Shown: piece after piece, positions 37,666 through 51,406 of the stretch
Numbering within the stretch: position 1 is the first letter of the stretch
How the letters are laid out: the number at the start of each line of letters is the position of its first letter
From: Antedon mediterranea
Lineage: Eukaryota; Animalia; Echinodermata
Direction: 5' to 3'
DNA length: 64,000 nt
NCBI RefSeq assembly: GCF_964355755.1
Contig: NC_092672.1
Coordinates: 13,206,001 to 13,270,000 of the forward strand
Position numbers and translations under genes: made by a program
Notes under the pieces: model-generated
What the model was told of the DNA's origin: nothing
The model's input: the letters and a program-made list of their open reading frames with translations, nothing else
Databases searched by the model: none

Positions 37666-39280
37666 AAAAACCTGTACATTAAATCAAATTATGTTGTTAA
37701 AATTACAAATCACAATTTATAACTCTTGCCTCTTGTGCAAAAATGAGGTTTTTTAGACAAGTAGTTCTCGAGAAAATGCAATTTCAGTACACTTGCTCGC
37801 CGGCTTTTGAAAATTGTCTCCTATCTTTTAACACTAGCCGGTCTGAAAATAATATCATTTTTGTTATTTGTGAAGTTATTAATAAACCAATTGTCATGAT
37901 TTTCAATAGGCATGGCCTGAGAGTATATACCTATCTACACCAAAAAATTCAGAATGATAACTTGAAAACTGTAGGCGCTATCGTGCTAACAAACACGATT
38001 TTCGCCAAAAGTGTGTGTCTTATGCTGTGTGATTAAGGCTAATTTCACTACAATCATGTGTATACGAGTTTGGTGTAAAGGTTATGTAACCAGCCTTTCA
38101 ACTAACAATAGCTTCAGTCGACTAGCAATAGAACAACACGACAAACACACGGGTGAATTTGAAAAGAATTAGGTTTTTTAAACTATTTGCATCAAAAAAC
38201 CTGCATATTAAATCAATTTATGTTTTTAAATTACAAGTCACAAATTATAACTCTTGCCTCTTGTACAAAAATGACATTTTTTGGACAAGTAGTTCTCGAG
38301 AAAATGCAATTTTAGTTTACTTGTTAATTTAGGACTGCTCACCGGCTTTTGATGATTCTGTCTTATCTTTTAACACTAGCAGGTCTGAAAATACTTTTTA
38401 AAAGTGGTCCAGAATTGGAACCGTGGTCCGGATTTTAACCAAATTTGGGCGGTTTTGTCCTTGCACCAGGTGACATGTCTGGTAGTAATTTGGAGTCATT
38501 CGAAGCAAAACTGTGAGCGCTAGAGTGATGACAAACAAACAAACAAACTAGCCTTCGCGCATAGCGCGATACTTGGCCAAATCAAAATTGGCCTCCTGAC
38601 ATTGACCCAAGTTGCACCAAAAATGTGTGTCTTATGCTGTGTGATTTAGGCTAATTTCACTACAATCATGTGTATACGAGTTTGGTGTACAGGTTATGTA
38701 ACCAGCCTTTCAACGAACAATAGCTCCAGTCGGCTAACAATAGAACAGCAACGCGAAAAACACACGGGTGAATTTGAAAAGAAATAGGTTTTGTAAGCTA
38801 CTCGCATCAAAAAACCTGTATATTAAATCAATTTATGTTTTAAAATTACAAATCACAAATTATAACTCTTGCCTCTTGTACAAAAATGAAGTTTTTTGGA
38901 CAAGTAGTTCCCGAGAAAATGCAATTTAAGTTTACTTGTTAATGTAAGACTGCTCACCGGCTTTTGATAATTCTGTCCTATCTTTTAACACTAGCAGGTC
39001 TGAAAATAATTTTTAAAAGTGGTCCCGAATTGGGACCGTGGTCCGGATTTTAACCAAAATTGGGCAGTGTTGTCCTTGCACCTGGTGACATGTATGGTAG
39101 TAATTTGGAGTCATTCGAATCAAAATTGTGAGCGCTAGAGTGATGACAAATAAACAAACACACCCACACACACAAACCGCACCGATCAACATACTTGGCC
39201 AATTTTCAATTTGGCCAAGTAACAAACAGACAAACAAACACACGCTACCGTTTACATATATCTCCTTGGCGGAGGTAAAT
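37666..39280 (-). repeat. Non-autonomous HINE-like element with ~3 internal tandem units of ~530-620 bp
   Basis: Unit starts AAAAACCTG.A.ATTAAATCAA recur at ~37666, 38195 and 38811. The terminus reads TTTACCTCCGCCAAGG on the minus strand beside CAAA microsatellites. Confidence 0.6.
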
Positions 39281-39284
39281 AAAG

Positions 39285-39880
39285 AGAATGAAAAGAGAGA
39301 TGACCAATCTAAAGCAAGAAGGAACGTCTGCATCACATATGTTGAAGGCCTATCTGAATTATTTAATGCCTACTACACAAGCCTTTCCGCAAAATTCGGG
39401 AGATGCTGGTCCATCCGAAGGATAAAATAAGGAAAGAGGAGACAAGCGGAGTAGTGTACCAGGTCGGATGTATTAATTGCAGTGCTATATATGTAGGAGA
39501 AACAGGCAGGCCATTTCAAACAAGACTATCAGAACACAAAACAGACATCATTACAAACACAGCGGGAGATGTCCATACCAGATCAGCCCGTGCTTCAACA
39601 TCTGCAACGATCCATAAGTCTGCTATTACGGATCACATGGTAATCAACAACCATGAATAGAGACGAAGCATACGAGCTGTCACATATATATGATGACCTT
39701 CAACACCAACAAAAAGACAACCCCCCGCCGCCCACTCCCGGGGAAGACCTCTTAACACCACAGAAGGCGCACGTCATCGGAGAATACCAACCGATGATAC
39801 GAACTAGCTTCGGCTGGCTCATTCACCTGATGATGACCGACGATGAAAAGTTGAAACTGTAGTGGTATGTTTATACTTTT
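39285..39880 (+). mobile_element. Penelope-like element fragment (GIY-YIG endonuclease)
   Basis: HPKDK...SGVVYQVGCINCSAIYVGETGRPFQTRLSEH...SAITDH. Confidence 0.8.
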
Positions 39881-40837
39881 TGGCTTAGATAAAAGGAAAC
39901 TTCATAAAAAAAAATTATGACCATTACATTTTGAAATGCTAAAATGATTACGTGAATTTGTGCTGTCAGTATATCTAAACAACTTGATAAAGATACAGTT
40001 ACTATGCTGTTTTCGAACATGCTCGTCTATTTGGTTTCTTTCAATGTTATTATAATACGAGACAAGTTTTTAACTTCTAGAAGGGATCCATGATAATAAT
40101 GACTACCAATTACTGCTTTATCTATGTTCACTTTAATATCTTTTCTCTATTTTGTATATATTCATTCATTATTATCTAAATAAATATTATCTGAATCTGA
40201 ATCTGAATACAGTCGTTCAGTTACTAAGTTTTAATTTAATTTAAAGTTTTTCAGAAGTTGTGAATTATTCATAAATATAGATTACTAATAACTGAAGTGA
40301 AATGACAATAGATTATACCTGATGTATATTTATTAATTATTTCAGTATTGTCAAGAACGTAGTTCGTAATCTTGTTTTTAAGTACAAAAGGAATATTTTA
40401 AAGCGAAAACTGTCATAGCTATAACACCCTTTATGTTGTTTCAGAAAAGAAGAAAATTTACCTACTTACCTACACTGTATATTTTAATCTGTTATAGCAC
40501 CTAAGATTGTAAGTTTGCCCTCACATTTATAACTTATTATATATATTCTGTTTATTTTAATTCATGTATAATATTGCCTTTTGGATATCTTTATTCAATT
40601 ATCATTGCCTGCTGAATTATACTCAAAAATTGTTAAATAGAGTGCCCTCTATTATTTTGCCATGTATTTTAACATTTAAACACTGATTCATTGGAGGGAA
40701 TTTATTCTGTTGGATGCGAGTGATTGTTCTGTTATGGTAACGTTATTTAAGAGTAGCAATACATTTCAATAATAAACAGTACAAATTGTTGAAACGGTAA
40801 TTTTCAATTGCAGAACAGATCAGTCCGGAATACAAAA

Positions 40838-41902
40838 ATGTCACTTTCAGGTGACAATGCATCCTATGATGTATCGGAATACGCGTATTCAACATTTAAC
40901 AGGAGTCAATATGATGATTACATAGATATGTTCCTTCCTAGTGACTGGGAGACGATTTTACGTTACAGTATCATTCCTGTTGTGATCGCTTTTGGAATTG
41001 TCGGAAACATGATGACATTTATTGTTATAGTGAGTAAATTACATAAATCAATTTATATGTATCTAGCCAATTTGGCAATAGCTGATACAATTTCTTTAAT
41101 AGTGGGACCCTTTTTTGACCTTAAGTTAATTTCGGTACCGTAAACGATTGACGAAATAGATGAGAATAACTCAAATTGTGAACTGGTGAGTTACTTTACT
41201 ACTGTTGCATGGCATGTAGGAATGTGTACGATTTTCTGGCTTTCCATTGAACGTTATATGGCAGTTTGCAAACCTTATTGGTTTCAAAGAAGTGGATTTG
41301 GTACTTTTTCAAGATCTGTAAAAATATGTGCAGTTATATGGATATTTTTTCTGTCGGTGAATTGTGTACAATTTGTCATTCTCTACGAACGTGTCTACAT
41401 CATCCTGCCTTGGCCTGATATGTATAGAGGCATCCCAAATCGCGCAACTATGTGTCATTTTAAGAAAACCTACATTGAAGATTGTACAGCGTTGTGGATT
41501 TGTCAATTTGTTGTTAATATACTCTCTAATGTGATTATTGTAACTTTATGTTTTCTTATGATTTATTCTTTAAGACAATCCAGAAATGCTGTAAAGAATT
41601 TTTGCAAGACGGACCCACTTTCAAAATCTGAGAGGAAAATATTCTGGACAGTTTTTGTGACAGTCGCAGTTTATGTTCTCTGCTTGACACCATTGAATGT
41701 CATTATTACGTTAATTTTTTTAGATTCTATTGGAAAGGATTTAAATTGGCTAGTGACTGTTTGTCGCTTTGGAAGTTATTTAAATTCTTCTGTAAATCCT
41801 TTGATATATAATGTAGTAAATGAAACTTTTAGACAAGCATTTGTTGACGTCTTCTATAGCACAATCCGGAGAAAAATAACTGCACGTAGTGGTAGTTTGT
41901 AA
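40838..41902 (+). pseudogene. Intronless class A (rhodopsin-like, peptide-receptor-type) GPCR 1 with one in-frame TAA at 41141-41143
   Basis: TM1 GIVGN, TM2 NLAIAD, TM3 SIERYMAVC.P, TM6 CLTP, TM7 NSSVNPLIY. ORFs 40808-41143 and 41186-41902 are in the same frame. Confidence 0.85.
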
Positions 41903-42789
41903 AGTTGATAGGTGTTTAATTTACAACCAATACATTTTGAAATTTGAAATAACATGTTGTCATTATCTCGTTTACGTAAGGGTCAGCTTATAAGTTTGAA
42001 CAAGGCAATCTAGCAACAGGATGCTGAGCTTCAAAGATCAAAAGTTGTACCTGTGGCTGCGGGCCATAGTACAGTACTGTTGGTATTTGTCGCAGTTAGA
42101 TAATAAGATCAAAATACTGTCACGAGTTCTTATCTTCGCAAGGCGAGATAAATTCTTATTTATATCTTTCATTTAGGGTTAGCTAGCCACAAGGTCATTT
42201 GATTAATAGAATTTCTGTTTTTTATCTGGCGTTACTTTTTGAGCATTGCCCTCTTCCTTCATATTACAATTTGTCAATGTCTTTGCCTTATATATTATGC
42301 CTTATCATCACTGAAATCGCTTTTATTACTCATTATTTTTAATCATGATGATATCTTATTTTATGTTGGAAGAAATAAATGTTGATTTGATTTGATTTAG
42401 TGTCCTGTTGTTAGATTGCTTTGATTTTAAAGATGGTAAAGGCAATTTCGAAAAAAAAAATCTTTAAGAAAAAGTTGAAGAATGATTCCTGTATCTGAAT
42501 ATCCATATTCAAGTCAAACAGCATATATTCTTTCGATGAAAAGTCAAAATGACAAGGACCTAAATATTCATCGCTCCAGTTATGTTTGTCGAACAAGTCT
42601 TCTCGGATAAGGACTATGAACCGTAGGTCCAGTATATACACTTTCAAAAAACGTATTTCATCATTCGAGACGAGTAGACGGATACCCCGGTGAACTTGTC
42701 CCTTTTTCAGGAAGATTACCACCTATCTAACAAGACAGTTATTCATGTATTAATACTTAAAGACATAACTTCCTGGTAACCGGAGACTA

Positions 42790-42915
42790 GAAAAATACTG
42801 TGGACAGTTTTTGTGACATTATTTATATTTTCGGAATGAAGCCCACAATGATGATTATTTTTCGATTTGAAACATATTTAAATTCATCTGTAAATCCTTT
42901 GATATATAATGTAGG
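42790..42915 (+). pseudogene. GPCR TM6-TM7 remnant
   Basis: AAAATACTGTGGACAGTTTTTGTGAC and TTTAAATTCATCTGTAAATCCTTTGATATATAATGTAG match GPCR 1 at 41635-41818. Confidence 0.6.
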
Positions 42916-43232
42916 ATAGACGTTTAATTAAAGAATTTTTGTTTGTTATAATCCAGTGGTTACAGTTACTAAATTGTGCTGTTTTCCAAACAAGCTGGTT
43001 TATTCTTTCAACATAAGTTTTAATTAAAGTGTGTCAAAATTTTGAATTATTCATAAATGTTCCTATTAATAGAAGAAGAAGATTATTTGATGTATATTTA
43101 GTAAATTATTGCACTAATCAGTAGTGTCAAGGACGCATGTTGCAATGTGTTTAGTTATTTTAGGCCTATTAGAATATTTACAAGAGAAAATGTCAGTTCA
43201 ACGTTTCCATATGTGCCATAATTCCGTACTAA

Positions 43233-43593
43233 TACCTCTTTTACACCGCCTAGCTTAGAACAAACACGTGTCGTATCCGGATAAATTTCCATTTCACAAC
43301 TGATTCATTAACCCGGGAATGACACGGGTTTCGTGTGTTTACACTGCAAAATACCAACCCGTGTAAATGTTCTAGATTAATCGAAATATCGCCCTGTCAC
43401 GCAAGTACACAGGTTTTTTCCGGGTTCACTTGACGCTGAGTACATTCCGCATCACTCACTCTGGTGGTTACGCGACCCTGGTAACTTTTTACGTCGTTTA
43501 CACCGTTCTACATTTCCGCATTTCTGCGTCATGGGTACGACTCTGGTTACACAATTCCGGATCCGCATTTTTGCTGGCGGTGTAAAAAGAGTA
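43233..43593. mobile_element. Tourist/PIF-like MITE
   Basis: TAA|TACCTCTTTTACACCGCC ... GGCGGTGTAAAAAGAGTA|TAA. Confidence 0.7.
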
Positions 43594-44236
43594 TAAGACT
43601 TCTTTGAATCATCTTCTTTTTGGAATAACGTTTTTCCAAATTTTCAACTGACATCCCGATTCTTTTAAAATCAATTATAGCACAACAAATGAGAGTACAA
43701 TGTGGTGATTTGTTGCATTGTTTATTGATTGATCATCCATTATATTAAACCTTTTCAACATTTAATCGTATAATTAGAGTATTATTTCTGATAAAATGAA
43801 ATAAGTATGGAAAATTAAAAACGGTAATAAATATTCTATTCAACATAACGGTAGACCTAATGAAGAATAATATGCCTACGATTAAGCCTATTTATTGTTG
43901 AACGAGTAATTTAGTTGATGCAATTTTTTTCTACGTGCACAATTGTTTAAAATAATGATTTGTTAGAAAATATAAAAGTAATGACGAAGCTGAGTTAACT
44001 AGATGAAGTTGTTATATACGTTTTAAACACACCATTTTACTCAGTATTTTGATAAATGAACTAAATTCAGAATGAATGTGTTTCATGAATGGAGTAAAGT
44101 TACTCCATGATTTTATCGCACCATCTAGTACTTTGTAAGCACTCATCTAATCAATTTATCAACTTCTCTGTATAATTTTTTTCTTTCGAAACGATCATTT
44201 TAATTGTGAAATAGAAGATTCGAGAACCAGTTTCAA

Positions 44237-44522
44237 ATGTTTCTTTTAGTCGACAATGCATCATATTATGATAAATCTGAATACGGAAATTCAACATCTA
44301 ACACGAGTCACTATGATGCCTTCAGAGACATATTCCTTCTTAGTGACTGGGAGAGGATTTTGCGTTACAAGATTATTCCAGTTGTTGTCACTTTAGGCAT
44401 TGTCGGAAACATAATTACCTTTTTTGTTATAGTGAGTAAATTACACACATCAATTTACGTGTATCTAGCCAATTTGGCAATAGCTGATACAATGTCTTTA
44501 ATTGTGGCACCCTTTTGGGACA
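44237..44522 (+). pseudogene. GPCR 2 N-terminus to TM2, truncated by a Helitron
   Basis: Paralog of GPCR 1 (SDWERILRY, GIVGN, NLAIAD). It breaks exactly at A|TCTATATATAAA. Confidence 0.8.
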
Positions 44523-47500
44523 TCTATATATAAATTTACGTAAGGGCAAAATTCGGTAAATCGCGCCTTACTTCTAGAATTTTTACTCAATGGTATATAA
44601 AGTTGGTTCATACTTTCGGTACTGATTTTAACCACCTGATGTAACCCTGTTTACTAATTAAATTGAGTTAGATAATTAGTTATTGACGATTAAAACGAAT
44701 TCAGGTTCAACGATTTTCCCCAAATAGGGGTGTTTTCCGATCGTGGTATACACTGTCTAATGGATGTCCAACTTGAAAAATACCCGCACACAATAATACG
44801 AGGACGCTTCGCATTTTCCTATCTCCTCCTATGATAATTGTTTTTAATAGCTGAAAACCGGTTGAACTGCTCGAGTACAGCATCATAATGTTGAAGACAG
44901 GCCGATTTTCTTTTAAAAATACTATTTTGATAGATTTAATTTACGTTTTTACAAATGTATTGATTTGCGATGAATGGAACATTCCAATCTCTCAGTCTGC
45001 CAGTTTGGTTTAACACAAGTAGGTAAATTTATGAGCCCTTGGATTGGAGAATAAACTTGCAATACTTTGACAATACAGTACTGCAAATACCTATTAACCA
45101 TTTTTGGTCGTCATTTGAATCGAACATTTCTTACTGTGAATACTGTTAGATGTAAAAAAATATATACAAACATTTCTTACTGTGAATACTGTTAGATGTA
45201 AAAAAATATATACAAATAAACTTTATTACTGTGATTATGGGTAAGCTCTACTGGTAGATATATAAACACGTAATATAAAAATAAACTTTATTACTGACAG
45301 TTGCTTCTCAACGTTTGCATTAATTGATAATTACAAAAAATATAAACGTCGTAGTGGTGTATCGTTACATGTACTTTACTATTTCAATCGACTATGACAG
45401 TGACAGTTTTAACAAAGTATTATTAAGTTTAATGCTGAAAACCCCCTAACTCCTAAAAAATCAGTAAACAAACAAAAGGAGCTGTGTCCCTTTTATTAGC
45501 AAGTTAAGGGTTATTTTCAACCGACTGGACCAAAGAATATATATCTTTGACTGGACTAGATAGACTAATCACAATAATGTTTTTCTTCATCATTACGAGG
45601 CCTGCTTTATTATCGTAACACAAGAGCCTGGGGAAAATGTTTTTTACTACAAACAAAATAAAAACAATAGAAACAGAAATTTGGCTTTACTATATTTTTC
45701 TTAAATAAATACTTAGGTATGTTTTATTTACGGCAAATTTTGTCATAATTGTAGGGCTGAGATCTAGGCCTATATACAGTGAGTGGAAATAATGATGAAA
45801 ACACGTGGGTAAGAGAACATGAATATGCAACTAGAAACAACCTGGATGACGTACTTCCGTTGTAACGATAATCGTACGCTATGGGTCTGAACACCTCGTT
45901 TTTTTCTCTGCGGTTTGTAACGTGACCTTGATAGTAACGTTGTACGCTAAAACGGTCTAACGCCATGGGTCTGAACAGGGCCTATATATAGGTTTTAGGT
46001 TAATTCCCCAAGGGCCAATAAATTTACTTACAGCTGGTGGTACTTGTGTTAAAGCAAAGAGTTATTATTGGAATGTTCCATTCATCGGAAATCAATACAT
46101 TTGTATAAATGTATATTAAATCTATCAAAATAGTATGTTTTTAAGAAAATAGGTCTGTCTTCAACATTATGATGCTGTACTCGAGCCGTTCAACCGGTTT
46201 TCATCCATTAAAAACAATTATCGTAGGAGGAGATAGGAAAATGCAAAGCATCCTCGTATTATTGTATGCGGGTATTTTTCAAGACATGCATTGGACAGTG
46301 TATACCACGATCGGAAAACACCCCTATTTGGGGCAAATCGTTGAACCTAAATTCATTTTAATCGTCAATAACTAATTATCGAACTCCATTTAATTAGTAA
46401 ACAGGGTTACATCAGGTGGTTAAAATCAGTATCGAAAGTACGAACCAACTTTATATACCATCGAGTAAACATTCTAGAAGTAAGGCGCGATTTACCGAAT
46501 TTTGCCCTTACGTAAATTTATATATAGATAGCTGAAAACCGATTGAACAGCTAGAGTACAGCATCATAATGTTGAAGACAGGCCGATTTTCTATTACTAT
46601 ACTATTTTGATAGATTTAATATACGATTATACAAATGTATTGATTTGCGATGAATGGAACATCCCAATCTCTCAGTCTGCCAGAGTTTGGTTTAACAAAA
46701 GTAGGTAGATTTATCAGCCCTTGGTTTAACACATACGGTAGGTAAATATATGGGCCATTTGAGAATAAACTTGATCAATACTGTAAATACCTATTAACTA
46801 TTTTTGGTCCTCATTTGAATCGAACATTTCTTACTGTGAATGTTCGTACTGTTGGATGTAATATAAAAATATATACAAATAAACGTTATTACTGAGATTG
46901 TGGATAGGCTCTACTGTTAGATATATAAACACATTATTATATACACATAAACTTTATACTGACAGTTCCTTCTCAACGTTTGTATTAATTAATAATTACC
47001 AACAATATAAACGTCGTAGTGGTGTATCGTGACATGTAATTTAATATTTCAATCGATTATGACAGTGACAGTTTTAACAAAGTATTAAATCGCAAATGTT
47101 TTACTGTATTTAGAGGTATATTATTTATAGGCGTATAAAACATGAAAAAAATATTTCGTTACTGAGTGGATAAAGAATATATTTAAAAATTGTTCCTCTG
47201 TGTACCTATCCGCTTTCCCATCCCTCAACCCTAATGTTAAATAAAAAACACAAATTGGGTTTCTTTAAATGAGTCCAAATCAAAAATTTGGACTCATTTT
47301 GTGATAAGTTTCTCCTTCGGAAGTAATTCCCAGGGTGCTAATTTTAGTTGACTACATAAATCATCGTGTCTATTTATTCGTTTCTGTAAACGACAATTAT
47401 AGTATTATAGTCCTGCGGAACGTACATTTGAAATCGCCAGTTTTGTTACGCTGAAATTACTGTGTATTCGAGAACCATCTGTGGGCACGACCTAGATGGT

Positions 47501-49175
47501 ACGCGAGAGCAAAATTCGGTAAATCGCGCCTTACTTCTAGATTAAAACGAATTTAGGTTCAACGATTTGCCCCAAATAGGAGTGTTTTCCGATCGTGGTA
47601 TACACTGTCTAATGGATGTCCATCTTGAAAAATACCCGCCACAAAAATTCGAAAAGGCTTCGCATTTTCCTATCTCCTCCTACGATAATTGTTTTTAATA
47701 GTTGAAAACTGGTTGAACAGCTAGAGTACAGCATCATAATGTTGAATACAGGCCGATTTTCTTAAAAAAAGACTATTTTGATAGATTTAATATACGATTA
47801 TACAAATGTATTGATTTGCGATGAATGGAACATCCCAATCTCTCAGTCTGCTAGAGTTTGGTTTAACACAAGTAGGTAGATTTATCAGCCCTTGGTTTAA
47901 CACATACGGTAGGTAAATATATGGGCCATTTGAGAATAAACTTGATCAATACTGTAAATACCTATTAACTATTTTTGGTCCTCATTTGAATCAAACATTT
48001 CTTACTGTGAATGTTCGTACTGTTGGATGTAATAAAAAAATATATACAAATAAACGTTATTACTGAGATTGTGGATAGGCTCTACTGTTAGATATATAAA
48101 CACATTATTATATACACATACACTTTATACTGACAGTTCCTTCTCAACGTTTGTATTAATTAATAATTACCAACAATATACACGTCGTAGTGGTGTATCG
48201 TGACGTGTAATTTAATATTTCAATCGATTATGACAGTGACAGTTTTAACAAAGTATTAAATCGCCAATGTTTTACTGTATTTAGAGGTATATTATTTATA
48301 GGCGTATAAAACATGAAAAAAATATTTCGTTACTCAGTGGATAAAGAATATATTTAAAAATTGTTCCTCTTTGTACCTATCCGCTTTCCCATCCCTCAAC
48401 CCTAATGTTACATAAACAAGGCCAACAGCCATTAAGTCGCGTGCTACAATGCATAGTGATACCGGACCGACAGACAGACCGACAGACAGACCGACAGACA
48501 AACAGACAGACAGACAGAGAGACCGACCAACCGACATAGTGAACTATACTGACCAAAATTACTGAACATGTTTAAAAAATAATGTTGAAATGTTTAAAAA
48601 CATTTTTTTTTTTTTATTTACACGTGCGTAGCCTGTCACTTTCGACGTGCTCGTATAACGTAATTTCAAGTTGAAAAGTAAGTCAAGAAAACAGAAATCG
48701 GGCAAAAAGAGTGCGCAATAACATTTAACGCGCAGTGCGCGCGCAAAAATATGCGCACTCATGGCAATTTTGTAAACGCTTAAAATTGCCTGAAATGTAC
48801 TCTTATTTCATCGAAAATAAATTTTGAAAATGTTAAGCGCGCGTACGCATGCGTTACATGCGCTACGCACGTAATTGTATTGCCATATGATGATTTATGC
48901 CCTGAAATTTATGAGTACCAAATTTTATTTAATTGTGATTCATGGTTGTGAAGATATGATTACAAACGTGATTTCGTTAAATCGTGCGTAGACCGCGTAA
49001 TTTTTTATTGCGCACCGTGAAAACATAACCACATTGATTCCTGGCCATAAAGAATATACTGTGAAAAATTGACCTAGCTAGATTAAACTGATATCACGAT
49101 AAGGTCAGAAAGCGATAAAACGCATAGTGATACCGGACCGACAGACAGACAGACAGACCGACAGACAGACAGACC

Positions 49176-49210
<35 letters not shown>

Positions 49211-51157
49211 TGACCGACCGACATAGTGAACTATAGAGTCGCTTCCACGCGACTAAAAACACAAATTGGGTTTCTTTAAATGAGTCCAAATCAAAAATTT
49301 GGACTCATTTTGTGATAAGTTTCTCCTTCGGAAGTAATTCCCAGGGTGCTAATTTTAGTTGACTATATAAATCATCTTGTCTATTTATTCGTTTCTGTAA
49401 ACGACAATTATAGTATTATAGTCCTGCGGAACGTACATTTGAAATCGCCAGTTTTGTTACGCTGAAATTACTGTGTATTCGAGAACCATCTGTGGGCACG
49501 ACCTAGATGGTACGTGAGGGCAAAATTCGGTAAATCGCGCCTTACTTCTAGAATTTTTACTCGATGGTATATAAAGTTGGTTCGTACTTTCGGTACTGAT
49601 TTTAACCACCTGATGTAACCCTGTTTACTAATTAAATTAAGTTAGATAATTAGTTATTGACGATTAAAACGAATTTAGGTTCAATGATTTGCCCCAAATA
49701 GGAGTGTTTTCCGATCGTGGTATACACTGTCTAATGGATGTCCATCTTGAAAAATACCCGCCACAAAAATTCGAGGAGGCTTCGCATTTTCCTACCTCCT
49801 CCTACGATAATTGTTTTTAATAGTTGAAAACTGGTTGAACAGCTAGAGTACAGCATCATAATGTTGAAGACAGGCCGATTTTCTTAAAAAAAAGACTATT
49901 TTGATAGATTTAATATACGATTATACAAATGTATTGATTTGCGATGAATGGAACATCCCAATCTCTCAGTCTGCCAGAGTTTGGTTTAACACAAGTAGGT
50001 AGATTTATCAGCCCTTGGTTTAACACATACGGTAGGTAAATATATGGGCCATTTGAGAATAAACTTGATCAATACTGTAAATACCTATTAACTATTTTTG
50101 GTCCTCATTTGAATCGAACATTTCTTATTGTGAATGTTCGTACTGTTGGATGTAATAAAAAAATATATACAAATAAACGTTATTACTGAGATTGTGGATA
50201 GGCTCTACTGTTAGATATATAAACACATTATTATATACACATACACTTTATACTGACAGTTCCTTCTCAACGTTTGTATTAATTAGTAATTACCAACAAT
50301 ATACACGTCGTAGTGGTGTATCGTGACGTGTAATTTAATATTTTAATCGATTATGACAGTGACAGTTTTAACAAAGTATTAAATCGCAAATGTTTTACTG
50401 TATTTAGAGGTATATTATTTATAGGCGTATAAAACATGAAAAAAATATTTCGTTACTGAGTGGATAAAGAATATATTTAAAAATTGTTCCTCTTTGTACC
50501 TATCCGCTTTCCCATCCCTCAACCCTAATGTTACATACAAAACACAAATTGGGTTTCTTTAAATGAGTCCAAATCAAAAATTTGGACTCATTTTGTGATA
50601 AGTTTCTCCTTCGGAAGTAATTCCCAGGGTGCTAATTTTAGTTGACTACATAAATCATCGTGTCTATTTATTCGTTTCTGTAAACGACAATTATAGTATT
50701 ATAGTCCTGCGGAACGTACATTTGAAATCGCCAGTTTTGTTACGCTGAAATTACTGTGTATTCGAGAACCATCTGTGGGCACGACCTAGATGGTACGCGA
50801 GGGCAAAATTCGGTAAATCGCGTCTTACTTCTAGAAATTTTACTCGATGGTATATAAAGTTGGTTCGTACTTTCGGTACTGATTTTAACCACCAGATGTA
50901 ACCCTGTTTACTAATTAAATTAAGTTAGATAATTAGTTATTGACGATTAAAACGAATTTAGGTTCAACGATTTGCCCAAAATAGGAGTGTTTTCCGATCG
51001 TGGTATACACTGTCTAATGGATGTCCATCTTGAAAAATTCCCGCCACAAAAATTCGAGGAGGCTTCGCATTTTCCTATCTCCTCCTACGATAATTGTTTT
51101 TAATAGCTGAAAACTGGTTGAACAGCTAGAGTACAGCATCATAATGTTGAAGACAGG
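44523..51157 (+). mobile_element. Composite and tandem array of the non-autonomous Helitron (unit ~1283 bp)
   Basis: Plus 5' part 44523-~45420, minus 5' part ~46010-46528, then head-to-tail plus units with junctions at ~47505, ~49515 and ~50800. All are homologous to 13088-14351. Confidence 0.85.
48414..49256 (-). mobile_element. DINE-1/HINE-like element inserted in a Helitron unit
   Basis: Minus-strand start TTTTAGTCGCGTGGAAGCGACTCTATAG, (GTCT)n blocks, near-identical to 16819-17600. It interrupts the unit at an A-rich site. Confidence 0.75.
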
Positions 51158-51334
51158 ACAATTTACACAGTGCAACGCAACATCATTGATTTACATATAC
51201 ACAATATTATTTAAAAAACCGTTGCGAATTAAATTTGGAATTTATTCTGACTTGTTAAGCCTCCACTGATTGTGAGGGCGTTTGTTGTATGAGAAAATGT
51301 ATCTGGTGGGTGAAAATCTGTGATAATACCACAT

Positions 51335-51406
51335 GGCTCTGTTGTCTAGTGGTATGATACTTGCCCTGTAAGCGAGAGGTTGCAGGTTCGAATCCCGCCA
51401 GAGACA
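51335..51406 (+). tRNA. tRNA-like cloverleaf (TGT anticodon position); probable tRNA pseudogene or SINE head
   Basis: GGCTCTG/CAGAGAC acceptor, TAGTGG D-loop, CTTGC-CCTGTAA-GCGAG anticodon arm, GGTTCGAATCC T-loop, then TTTTTT. C sits at position 33 and there are stem mismatches. Confidence 0.45.

Noticed and set aside
42411-42722. 103-aa minus-strand ORF
   Set aside because: No recognisable motifs; probably a degraded repeat.
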